Shown here piece after piece: positions 52,110 to 64,000 of a stretch of DNA of 64,000 nt (position 1 is the stretch's first letter; each line of letters begins with the position of its first letter). A model generated the notes under the pieces. That model was not told the DNA's origin, did no database searches, and saw only the letters and a list, made by a program, of their open reading frames with translations. The stretch is from Chrysomallon squamiferum (taxonomy: Eukaryota > Animalia > Mollusca). Where the stretch lies: positions 13,950,001 through 14,014,000 of the forward strand of contig CM022677.1 in assembly GCA_012295275.1 (NCBI GenBank). The letters run 5' to 3'. The translations under genes were made by a program, and so were the position numbers.

Positions 52110-54370
52110 ACATAATTTTTCTAACGGTGCCCATCCAATATTAGAATATGTTAATATTTCTATCAATTTCGCCATCGTTGAGGTCACAGCGGTCCTAGCT
52201 TTATTGCGGGTATTCCTTTTTATTCTTTAGCGCTTTTAATTAAGTATTCCTCATACTTTCTGAGGGGGCGCATCACCTATTAAAATATATTATTAATATT
52301 TCCATTAATGTCGCCGTCGTTGCCGTCGTACCAGCATTGTTCTTAACGTCTTGGTGTACTACTCGTTATTCGTTTTCGCTTTTTGTTCGCTATTGTTGTT
52401 ATTTCGTGACAGTGCACGTCCTATATATCTTATATCTGTATGAACCAAAGTATAATTAAACAAATAAGATAATCCTGGGTTTTATTATAACCACGTTTTT
52501 TCTTATTATTATTCAAATGAATAGCCAAATTAAATTTAATTATTCATATATTTAAAAATTCAGTCAGTATAAAGACAAATTTGCGTACCTTGCTTACAGC
52601 TGCACGAGTTGTGAAGAAAACAGATAAATAATTTAACTTTAATAATTTATGAAGGACAAGGAACATTAGCTGAACAAGACTTGGTAATTATGTTATTACT
52701 GGTGATTTGGTTCCACATCTGCCCAATGTCATAACATGTCACTGAACAAAGGCCAATCTATTTATAATCAGTCCATGATGCCCATATTTAACACGACATG
52801 ATTGAGGATCTCTTTGTATCTGTGGACATCTGTCAGCCTTTCTTATTCTCAAGAATATGCTTCTGTTTTATTTTGTTCTGTTTCAACTTGAGGACTACAA
52901 TCACCACCACGCAATACATCATTATTACATACTCTTCTTCTAGTCCGAGTCCTTGAACCACTGGGACCACATATTACTGAACATGTACTTGGTGGTATAT
53001 AACCTGTCTAGGAACCCCAAAAGGACATATTGGTTTAGTACAAGGTACTCGGCTGGTGTTGGTTTGAGGAGATTTGGCACCACAACCGTTTTTGGTAGCA
53101 ACGTCATTGATGCAGATTCTGGTTATTGAAGCCGATCTTGTAATTCCTGTTCCACAGTTGGCAGATAAATCACCATATGTAAATTCGGACCATGGACCCG
53201 TGTATGGGCAAGTATATGCTTAGATTCTTGCTTAGTTTCGTTTTGAGGTTAAGTAGCACCACAAGCATTATTTTGGCCATTGTCATTATTGCAGATTCTC
53301 ATCCGTCGTTTTGTCCACTGACCACCAGGACCACATGTTACTGAACATGGAGTTATTGCTGTGAAGTCTGACCAAGTTGACCAGTCTGGGCATGGTTTTG
53401 ATGGACAAGCACAACAGTTCTGTCTACATCAGGGGACTTTGCACACAACCAGTTTTAGATGGGATGTCATTCTGACACGTTGTTGTTCTTGCCTGAGTTC
53501 AGTTTATGCTATTACCACATGAGATTTATCGTTCGATGTAAATATATCCTGACAATGCTCCCCTGTTTGCTATTGATGTGTCTGGTTTCAGTAGCTGGTG
53601 AAAGTGAACAACAACCTGTTCGTTTAGCTGTGACGTTATTGCATACTCTCGATACCGTTGTCATTGTTACACATTCTGATGCTGCGTATTGTTTCGCTTT
53701 TTATAAACTATTGTACTGTGCGCACCCTATATTAAAATATTATTATTATTACTATTACTGTCGCCGTCGTTGGCGTCGTGTCTGCGTTGACCTGCACGGT
53801 ATTCTTTTCTTTGTCATTATTCTTTTGAGGTTTTTATTAACTGCTGTCTTTAATTTCTTAGTGTGTAGATCCTAATTAAAAATATATTATTGCTATTTGT
53901 ATTCATGTTGACGTCGTTGCCGTCGTACCTGAGTTGTTCTTAACGTTATTAGTTTAATTATTGTGTTGTCTTTTCATTAACTATTATTATCACTTGTTTA
54001 GTGTGCGCTTCCTGTATTACAATATATTATTATTACCAGTTAAAATGTACTATTACTTTTTTTTCTGTTAATGACGTTATCATTGCCGTCGTGGCTGCAT
54101 TGTTCTTAACGTTTTTGGTTTCCTTCTCTTTATCCTGTTGCGTATGTTAATAACGTTGTTAAACTTTCATATTTTATTATAGTCGCCATAGCTGGCGTCG
54201 TGTAGGACTTGTTCTTCACGCTTTTGGAGTAGTTTTAATTATTCTGTTCCGCTTTTTATTAAGTGTTATCCTCACTTTGTTAGTGTGTGCATCCCACATT
54301 AAAATATATTATTATTGTTTCTATTAATGTCGCCGAGGTTGCTGTCTTGTCTGCATTGTCTATAACATTT
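52110..54370 (+). repeat. Degenerate ~130-150-bp satellite with a GTCGCCGTCGTTGCCGTCGT core (arrays ~52110-52430 and ~53700-54370)
   Basis: Recurrent CCTATTAAAATATATTATT...ATGTCGCCGTCGTTGCCGTCGTA...TTGTTCTTAACG. A single unit also occurs at ~12640-12730. Confidence 0.75.
52660..53460 (-). pseudogene. Tandem TSP1-repeat coding fragment (~4 repeats), intronless, with stops and frameshifts
   Basis: PCPDWSTWSDF...PCSVTCGPGG...RRMRIC, GPWSEF...NCGTG...TRIC and TCSVICGPSGSRTRTRRRVC. Confidence 0.82.
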
Positions 54371-54680
54371 TTGAACTAAATAAATAAATAAGAAAGAAAA
54401 ACGCCTTTCAAATAACATCACGGCTGTTTATACGACAAAACTCAGATTGAGCGAAATGTTTTAATGTTTGTTATGAATTCAAAAATAATTCACTGTCTTA
54501 GAAAAATGGAACATTAACGTTATGAATGATTTTGTGAAATTAACGTAAAACAAAAGCGTAATATCTTCGCTCCACATCTAAATAGGAATATGTTCTTTAA
54601 TTCTTAATATGCCGTGCACATTTTCAATGAAAAATAGGATTCCTTCGGTAATGTTATTATCTATACAACACAGTACATTG

Positions 54681-54738
<58 letters not shown>

Positions 54739-55799
54739 TCCACCCTCCCTACAAGATTAATGTCCTTTTCATTGTATACTGAAAAATGATGGTCCTTCAT
54801 ATTAAATTATTTTTATTATTAACAGAAATAGCACTACACCGAAAAGCGTGATATGCTAGATGAAGATTGTAGTTACTATTGTATTGATGTTACTGACAAT
54901 ATGTGATATTTTATTTGTATGACCATAGTAACATGAGATTCCGCGACATAATTTACATCTCTCTCTACATGAAATTAGATGATTAAACTAAAATTCAGAG
55001 ATTATTTATCAAATTATGTAATTAAAAATATATCTGTTTCAGATTAATTTAAAAAAAAAATGTATTACAATAAATAATAAGGAGCAATTTTTATATCCAC
55101 TCTCAGAACAGTTCTAATGAAACTAAGAGAATAGCGTCAAAAATATAGAGGAAGCTTCCGTCTTTACAAAAAAATAATAATAATAAAGAAATGAGAAGGC
55201 GCGATATTAAGCTGTTATTATTGTTGTCATTGTTCTATTACTGACAAATATAATGTTTGTTATGTAGATTATTACTGGTGGAGCGGTTATACTAATATTT
55301 AATGTAATCAGAGAACTTCAGGTATAATAAGAAATATAAAGAATATTACACTATACAACTTGCGCTGATGTACACCTTGAATGTAATGAAAAAATAAAAT
55401 TATCATCATAAAACAACGTGTTAACCTTGTTTGTTCTCAGCTAATCACTACAAACTGACATGATTCCAGGGAGTTAACTCTGAGATGTTTAAATGTAACC
55501 TGTCCGATATTAACAAAATCTCACATAAACATTTCTCAACATACTTAACAGTAAAAATCACCGCTCAACTAGCAGTTGATTTTCACCTTTTTCTTTTTAC
55601 ACGTAATTAAGCCGCTTATTTTCATTACGCCATGTAAAATTATTATTTATGATTGTCACTAATATCTAACAGATTATCTCTGATTATAAATATAAATATA
55701 AATACGCTGAGTCAAGTATCTGTGTGTGTCTCTGTGTCTGCTGAACATTAATCTTATCTTTCAGCAACTTCTTTTCAATGATCCATTTCCCCATCCACG

Positions 55800-56560
55800 C
55801 AATAATCAGGTGTACATCAAGACGCTAAGAACAATACTGGAACGACGGCAATGACGACCTCATTAATAGAAAGAGTAATGATATTTTTTAATGTAGGATG
55901 TGTACACTAATTGTAATACTTAATAAAAGGCAAAATAATAAGGTTGAAAGCAAAGTCGTTACGACGGTAATGACGACGACATTAATAAACGTAATAATAA
56001 TATATTTTAATATAGGACGGGCGGGGTCAGAAAATATAAATAACTGCGAATAAAAAAGCTAAAAAGGATGAGTACACCAATAACTTTAGGAACGGCGTTC
56101 GTTCTATGTCTACGACGGCGACACTAATAGAAATCACAATAACATATTTCAATAGGTGATTCGCCCGTTCAGAAAGTATGAGGAATCATTAATAAAAAAA
56201 AGCTAAAGAATAATGAGACCTCTACAAAAGCTAGAAACAACGCCGTTACGACGGCGACGATGGTGATATTGATAGAAATGGTAATAATAAAAAAGTGTAA
56301 GATTTGAACACTAAAAAAAGTATGAATAATAGTTAACAAAAAATTAAAACAATGCCGTTACGACGGTAGCGACGGCGACATTAACAGAAATACAGGAGGC
56401 GCACGGCCACAAAATAAGAGAACAGCGAATAAAAGCGAAAAAGAATAACGAGATGTACACCAAGATGTTAAGAACAATTCTGGAACGACGGCAATGACGT
56501 CCTCATTAACAGGAGTAATGATATTTTTTAACGTAGGATGTGGACACGAACTGCCATACT
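55800..56560 (-). repeat. Same GTCGCCGTCGT satellite in inverted orientation
   Basis: ACGACGGCGAC and ACGACGGCAATGACG cores. 56145-56187 and 56420-56500 are reverse complements of parts of 52245-52390. Confidence 0.78.
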
Positions 56561-56789
56561 TAATGAAAGGAAAAAGATTATTTTTTATTTTTTTCAGAGC
56601 AGATGTTTTCAGATGTATTGGTAAATTCCTGGACTATAATAAGCAACTTATTGTAGTGTGAGTTGTAAGCTTTGTGCTTTTATTTGGTGCATTAATATAA
56701 ATTATAAGAAGAAAGAAAAAGTAGGTTAAAAAAATAACAACACCGTTTATTTGAAGTTTACGGCGAACGATTGGCTAATAATAATAAAA

Positions 56790-56828
<39 letters not shown>

Positions 56829-57964
56829 AAGAAGAACCACATCGATTTATAATTTTTTATTTTATTTGTTTTGAACATTAATATAATATTTTTTTTTTTT
56901 TTTTTTTTTTTTAGTATCTTATTTGCAGAAAAATGCGGGATGATTTCGGTCTTTGCGGATTTACTTTCTTATTGGATGTTCGAAGAATATTCTATAGAAT
57001 TGGGATAATTGCATTATCATGCAACAAAAATGTTGCTTAATGTATTTCATTTTGTGAAGGAGACAGGTATTACTATTTATTATTATAGTTGTTAATGTGT
57101 TTGGATATTTTTCGTTTTATTTAATTATAATTTAAAAGTCATACACGTGATGGCAGCCATCTGATTTTGGAATAATATTTATTTATTTATTTATTTTCAT
57201 TTTATTTATTTTTTTATTTTTTTTTTTTTGAAAATAACGACACTCGATTAATAATAAAATTCACCAGTGGTTGTACTAATGTGAACAGCATAAACAACGT
57301 CATATAAATAAGAAATCATGTTTAATCTTTAATTTTGTTTTACCAATCACTGTATGATATATCGGGGGCAAATTTTGTGTGACCAGTAATTAAATTTGTT
57401 TTAAAATAAATTGACTTGTGTAGCACACATCACAAGACAACTATGTGTCAACTGTCAAAGGATTTATTTATTAATTAATTTATTTATTTATTTATTATTA
57501 TTATTATTCTTTTGAAATAAACTAATAAAAATATTTTTAAAAATATGCTAATTTTGTTTCACATGTTGTTATCTGTCATTTTTCTGATTTTTTTTTTATG
57601 TTCATGTTAAATTCATGCTCTATATATTATTAAGCATATTGAATTGATTTTTTAAACATATTAAAGGTTATAATGGGTAGGGCCATCAATGCTTTCATTA
57701 TTTAAGTTAAATAACTGTATAGCTCTGTTAACAATAAAAACAAATAAAGATAAATAAAAATTTAAGAAAAATATGACCAGGTTATTTCATATGTAGACAC
57801 TGTAAAAATATTAATAAAATTATTTTTTATCTTCTTATTATTAGTACTACTTTTTGTTATTATTATGTTCTATTTTTTATTATTTATTTTTTTAATCTTT
57901 ATTATTATTATTAATTTTCTTTTCTTATCATTACTAATATTTGTTTATTTGGGATGTTTTCCAG

Positions 57965-58727
57965 GACATCTGGAGAAAATGTTCCAAATGAATTTAAAAA
58001 AAGTTTCTATGAAAAATCAGATGTGAATGAAACATTTTATAAATTTCTCATCCAGCTACACATTCATTGACCAGAACCACTGTGTAGAGTGCAAGTGCTG
58101 CTGGAATACTGTAATATGAATATATCAGTGGTTTACATTCAGCATGGACAGGAACAAGAAGGAAAGTGCAGAGCACCACTGAAGTCTGCATTCTTGTGAA
58201 AACAAGCTGATGCTGGTAAAAACACTTCATCTGCTACACTGCCAAACAAAACAACTTGGTAGATGACTGTGATGGCTCTGCGTGTCAGTGGCAAAGACAA
58301 CAGCCAGGAAGTTGAGCAGCAGGTGACGTCTGAGCTTGCTGTTCTGAGAATGAAGCTGGATGTGAAGATAAAGAAAACAGAGAGAAGAAAACAGAGGCTG
58401 TAGCTGCAGCAGAACACGATGAGACTCGGGAAGGCAGCGTTCATGAGAGTGATGTCAGCGATATTGACAGTTCGAAGGAACAAGCTAGTCCTGTACGTGA
58501 TTCAGATAACAGAGTGGGGCCAATACAGCCAGGTCCCTGTCCCCTACTTCATCATCACAAAAATCCATTTTCCAGAGAAGGGATACAAGAGACTAATGAT
58601 AAGAAATGTGAAATGTTTTTATGTAGGTCATTGCAGTATTGTTCAGGTGCTGTTTAGAAAGGGAATTTACATTATGGAGAAGGATGAATCAGCTGTACAG
58701 ACACTGCAGACTGCACAGTTCCAAGTT
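57965..58727 (+). pseudogene. Composite exon-like segment: LRMP-exon piece, acidic low-complexity coding piece and possible ankyrin-repeat piece
   Basis: 58262-58327 matches 17354-17418. GHCSIVQVLFRKG at ~58625 is ankyrin-like. Acceptor at 57964 and donor GTAAGT at 58728. Confidence 0.45.
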
Positions 58728-58867
58728 GTAAGTTTTTATCTTATTTTTATTTCTTAGTAAAATAAGTTTTATAGTACCATCTCTTTAGTGATTGTAAAAT
58801 AGCATAATAATAATGATTTGTTTCCTGTTGTTTTGATAATTATTTAAATTATTACCATTATTATCAT

Positions 58868-59062
58868 TATCATTATAATGATTATACAAAGTATATCAAA
58901 AATAACCAGGTGTTAAACCATGTGTTAAAAAACCAAAAAAAAAAAAATCATTATAATGATTATACAAAGTATATCAAAAATAACCAGGTGTTAAACCATG
59001 TGTTAAGAAACCCAAAAAAAAAAAATCATTATAATGATTATACAAAGTATATCAAAAATAAC
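58868..59062. repeat. ~78-bp tandem duplication, 2.5 copies
   Basis: ATCATTATAATGATTATACAAAGTATATCAAAAATAACCAGGTGTTAAACCATGTGTTAA repeated. Confidence 0.92.
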
Positions 59063-59849
59063 CCACACCCCTTTGTGTCTGAATAATCTAGTAACTGGTA
59101 CCAGTACAATTTAAATTTTAATAATAACAGAAACATTATTTATTTTTAACATTTTATTATTTTTATTATTTTAGTTGTATTTTTTTTCAGAATGCACATA
59201 CAGCTCTAATTGATGTGCTGATGTCTGCTAGAGAAGTTGTTTCAACAGAAAGTTCTGTCCAGCACTGAGGATAAAGTTTGTACTGCTGCCACTGGAAAAG
59301 AGAAAAAAGAATGAACAGTGAATTTGAGTTTGTTTTCTTATGTATTTCTCATTATTCTAAACCTAACGCAGTTTAATTTAAATTAATGTAGGAAATTGGA
59401 TTTTGTAACATGTACCAATAAGTACACATGTACATACCTTAGAATCTTGTATCACACACTGCATTTTAATTCATACTCTCTCTCTCTTTGTTTCTTTCTT
59501 TCCAACACACACACACACACACACATATAAACCTGATTATTTTGTTGTAAATTTCTATCTTTTAAAATAAAAGGAGAAGAAGTATAATATTTTATGAGTA
59601 TTTTAAAATGTTTGACTTTCCTGTTACCAGATGGAACTGTCAGCCTTCACGCAGTGTCACTGTGATGACAGACACACTAAAATACATTGGAGATGGATGT
59701 ACTGTAGCTATTGTCTATGGTTCCTATTGTCTGCAGTGTCTCAGTTTTCATGGTTTGTAAATAAAATAATGAATCAGGTTGTATATGAGTCTTAATAACC
59801 AGGTAATCAACAAAATTCATATTAACAGGAAGGTTGAACACTTGTGGAG

Positions 59850-60670
59850 AAGTAGTTTGCTGAATATGTTCCAGTGCAGTTGCAAACATATCAGATAGAT
59901 TTTCTATCTGCTTATGCTGCTTTGAAACAGCTTCATGTACTTCTGCTAGCATATGATCTGCTGATGGTGTAAAAGTGACATCTGCAACCACTGTTCTGGA
60001 TGTTACTTTGTGTTTTGCAATGCTGGAACACCCCATATCTTCCAACAGTTTAAATGCTTCTTCCCATAACTGAAGAAAGGTCATGCCATCTCTCTGCTGA
60101 ACTAATTGTTTTAGTTCTTTCTTCAGACTTGATCTCTCACATTTTCAGCAAATTGGTGCAACAAGGTATTCTTGTCAGGCACCATAGCACTCTATCTATC
60201 TAATAATTCAGACAGACAGTAAGAGAATTCTCTCATTGATTTGCCTTCTTTCTGTGATTGATCAAAAAATAACTTCTGAAGTTCATGTCACTGATGATTT
60301 ATCTTCAAAAATCTTAGAACGTCCCAAACCACTTCTGGATTCTCTTGGTCTTGTTGTGACCTCAACCTAATTTCTTCTTTCGCTTCATCTTCTAATATAA
60401 AACTAGCCTGCTCCTTTTCTGCAAGGCTCTGATGTAGAAATATCCTTTCTACCTGATCCTGAAAATCTCTAAATTTGAGGCCATTGTCTGACCCATTAAA
60501 TTTACTCACCTTTATCTCAACAAGATAAAAAATACAAGTTTAGTGCTTTCACCTTGTTTAGGACTCATCAGTTCCTCATTAAGTAATTGAGTCACAGCTA
60601 TTTCTTTCTGTAAAGCAGCCTGCAACTCTGCCTCCTGATCTTTTAGCTTTTTAGTTTTCACCATTTTGCA
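59850..60670 (-). mobile_element. Ty3/gypsy LTR-retrotransposon gag (PNMA-like capsid) relic
   Basis: KFNGSDNGLKFRDFQDQVE...EQASFILE..AKEEIRLR...VWDVL, then QFAENVRD...KELKQLV...MTFLQL.EEA across frameshifts. No pol or LTRs were recognised. Confidence 0.75.
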
Positions 60671-61749
60671 AAGCTTTATAAATTAATTGCTGGGAATTGA
60701 GTGATATGTTACAAAAAGCAAATTATGCCATGCTCGTGCCAGCAGCCAGTATTATATATATCTGTCAATTTAAATTTTTATTTAAATTAGTATTTTAATT
60801 TATAGTGTTTTTAAATTACAAATTTACTTTACTTGGAATTCATTATTACACACTAAGTGAAATGACAAAATCATTTATTTTAACTTTGTTTTAATTCAGT
60901 ATTTCAAGTTTTAACTATCAGATTATAACTGACCTCTCCAAGAATCTTTATTTTAAATTTACTTCCTAACAAGATGCACCTAATTGCTGCCACTCAGAGC
61001 TGTTTACCTCACATGTTATCTTAGCCATGGCTACTGACCATTGCTGGCCATTACTACGTCCACACATGTAAACAACTGGTCATGTGAAAGTCTTTATGAC
61101 TTTATGACATACAATAACAATATAATCTTATAAAAGTATAGTAATCATAATGCAGAGAATTGTCTCAAACATATTTTCTCCCTTGCCTGATATTCTCTCT
61201 ACTCTCTGCAACTGTCTTTCACCTCAGACACATGCTGCTGTTATGTTGTTTTCTTTTTTAATTATTTATATAAACTTAATTAATTTTAAGGTCTCACTGT
61301 CAAGAAGTCAGGGAAGAAAATTGAATCATCTTGTTATTGTCTCCCTTCAGTTGCAGACAGCTTCCTGATTAAACTGACATCACCTGGAGGACATCCTGGT
61401 GAACAGTAGTTGTGGTAGTAGCAGTAGTAGTAGTACTAATAGTAGTTGTTTTTAGAGAAATGATAAATTTAACAAGAAGAGTAGCGTAACAGCAGTGATA
61501 GGTAGTAACAGTAGTCACATTTGTTGTTGTAGTAATTATAATAATATTAGTATAAAGAAATTCAGGCATAGGAATAATAGTGAAGAGAGTAAAAAATAAC
61601 AGAAATCCTAGATGAATAAGGAATAATAGTAAATATTAGTTACAGTGATGATGGTAATAAAAGTAGTATAGTAGTTGCAGTAAATGTAGTAGTAGTAGTA
61701 TTTTATTTATTTTATATTTTACAGTTTTTTATTTATTTGCACTTTGTAG

Positions 61750-62130
61750 CTGACCACATCAATTCTGGCAGCATTAACTTGGAGAGCCTTACACCAGGTC
61801 ACCAATCTCAACAGTCAAATATCAGGAGAAAAACTTGAAAAACTTGAACATGCTAAAACCAGGCAAAGAAAAACATTAAAGGTAAACCACTTGACAGAGA
61901 CTGTGATGGCTGTGTGTGACAGTGGCAAAGTCAAAAGCCTGGAAGTTGAGCAGCAGGTGACTTAGTATACTTCCATTAGCATTGTTTTATTCTTTATAGC
62001 TTATGTTTGTACTAGGAGTAATCAAAACAGTTTCATTTCTAACTCACAAGAACTACATGACTTAAGGAATAATGTTGAAGTATGAGTTAATTCAGTTCAT
62101 AAAGAAAAAACAGATCTATATTAATTTTGT
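61750..62130 (+). pseudogene. Second copy of LRMP-like exons, deleted
   Basis: 61779-61990 is a high-identity direct copy of 17236-17448. 62050-62130 matches 19565-19645, so the ~2.1 kb between them is missing. Confidence 0.85.
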
Positions 62131-62974
62131 TAAAGGAGTTGTTGTTTTTATTATTATTATTATCATTCACAAAATAATGATTTAATTTCAGGAAACAGTT
62201 AATATTAGTAAACAATCAGTGAATTTTACAAATGAATTGAATTGTTAAGTATGATTTGGAAATAAAATGCATTTTTATATTAGTAAACACTAAAGAAGAC
62301 AATTTGTAAGGTGAAATTTCTATTATTTGTTTTGTTTTTTTGTTGTAGTAGTCTGTGGGGTTTTTTTGCGTTGTTTTTTAAATCAAAAATATAATCTATA
62401 TAACTATTGTTTTATTTTATTTATTTTTATTAATTAAGAATGAGTTTAATTTTTTTTGTCCAGGATCTAAAATATCCATGTCTATGTGTGGATTGAATGC
62501 TCCTATAAAGGTATGTTTTATTCATTCACTTTTGTGTTCTATAGTTCATTTGATTAAGAATTAATTTAATCAAAAGTAGCATTTAATTAGGTGGCAGTTT
62601 ATTTTTATGTACAGAATAGTATTGATAATTTTATGTAAATATTTCATAAAGCATGCCTGTTTGCTTAGTTTAAATTTAGAATCAATGTAATAATAGTTTA
62701 CTTGTAATAATTTGCATTGCCGGCCTAGTACCAGTAGTAGAATAGTGAACAGAACAGTTGTATTAATTTGTAATTTACTATTATTAATACCTCACTCTAA
62801 TATGAAATATATAAATTTAATACTTTATGTGGTAGGGCTAAAGTTATTTATAATATTTTGAAATTTGATAGATGGATGGAATTGGCTTGAAAGATTTTTC
62901 TTATTTTGTTATTTTATCACATGTATGTGCACTACTTGCACTGTATTTTATGTTTAGTTTATTAATGAATATTA

Positions 62975-63052
62975 CATTTTGTTGTAGGATCCTAGACAAC
63001 AGATTCAAGCTGCCTTAGCCAGCACTTCAGTTGAAAATGTTGTAAGACCCAT
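62975..63052 (+). repeat. Inverted copy of the exon and acceptor at 45196-45272
   Basis: TTTGTTGTAGGATCCTAGACAAC...TTCAAGCTGCCT..GCCAGCACTTCAGTTGAAAATGTTGTAAG is the reverse complement of 45203-45270. Confidence 0.9.
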
Positions 63053-63900
63053 TTTCAGAAAAGATTCACCAGAAAGCTATTACATCACAGTCTTCCCTGT
63101 CCAGAGAAAATCTGTCTGAAATGTAATTTGAACTTTGAAAACTCAGTGATTTCCAAGAGACTGCATTGTCAATGTGATCAGAACATCCAGTGTACACATT
63201 GTACTTCATAGCAGCTTGCACTGTTTTTATCATTGATGTGTGCTTGGTTATTCTAATTTTTATTGCTGAAAGAGGAATAGACATTTCTGCGAGTTTTTAT
63301 AATTTGCCTTTCCCATTTTAGAAAGAATAATTGAATTATGTCAGTAAGTCATCTTTAAAAACAGAAAATAATAATTTGCCTTTCATATTTTTGGAAATAT
63401 TCTAAATCTATTTAAAAAATGTGCAAATGGAAATGTCTTCCAATTTGTTTATAATCTGTATTTTCAGTTTAATTCAATTAAAAATCTGTGGGGAAAAAAT
63501 GATAAGAAATCTAAAAACAATAACCAAAGTAGAAAATCATGCTGAAGTTGTTTCAGTTTCTTAACATTAAAAATGTTAAGGCACATTCAAATAATTTAAA
63601 ACAAAAATAAAGAATAGTCTCTGTGTTTTTATTTTTATTATGTATATATTGATAACATCTTCAGTATTTCTTGTCAGCCAACAAAAGATAATCTGATTTA
63701 ATCATTATTTTTATATATACATCTTATTCAATTTTATGAAAACAAACAATCAAAGCACCAGAATGAACACTAATCATAGTAGACAAGATCACTCTTCATT
63801 TTGTTACTAATCAAACTGGAGTTTATTAAATAGGAAGCATAATTACAATAGCATTTTAAGACAAAACTAAACATGACTTTTGTAAAAAAAAAAAAAAATA

Positions 63901-63937
<37 letters not shown>

Positions 63938-64000
63938 CACATACATTATTTCATTTTCATTATCTTTGAACTAAAGAATTACTGCAAATCTGTTTTTAAA

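Overview
This is AT-rich, microsatellite-dense eukaryotic genomic DNA with spliceosomal introns. The repeat and gene families suggest a mollusc, probably a gastropod, but this is inference. There is a 200-N scaffold gap at 17032-17231. Only one gene looks intact: a two-coding-exon TRIM-like E3 ligase on the + strand (RING, coiled coil, NHL-type beta-propeller; 9576-11640, ~594 aa). The rest of the window is a patchwork of decayed transposons and damaged host-gene fragments. The transposons are a full-length Tc1/mariner with TIRs and TA TSDs, two MULE relics, a Ty3/gypsy gag relic, LINE 3' ends, hAT-like MITEs and a probably SINE-derived 67-bp minisatellite. The host-gene fragments are MCC, at least three partial LRMP/IRAG/KASH5-family copies, a truncated copy of the TRIM gene, prolyl 4-hydroxylase alpha, TSP1 repeats and a possible ankyrin repeat. 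Many of these fragments keep their GT-AG splice sites and occur in both orientations, linked by direct and inverted local duplications. The best candidate for an undescribed system is this exon-fragment sink and its possible chimeric transcripts, but any function is unproven. All protein family calls come from remembered motifs; no database searches were run.
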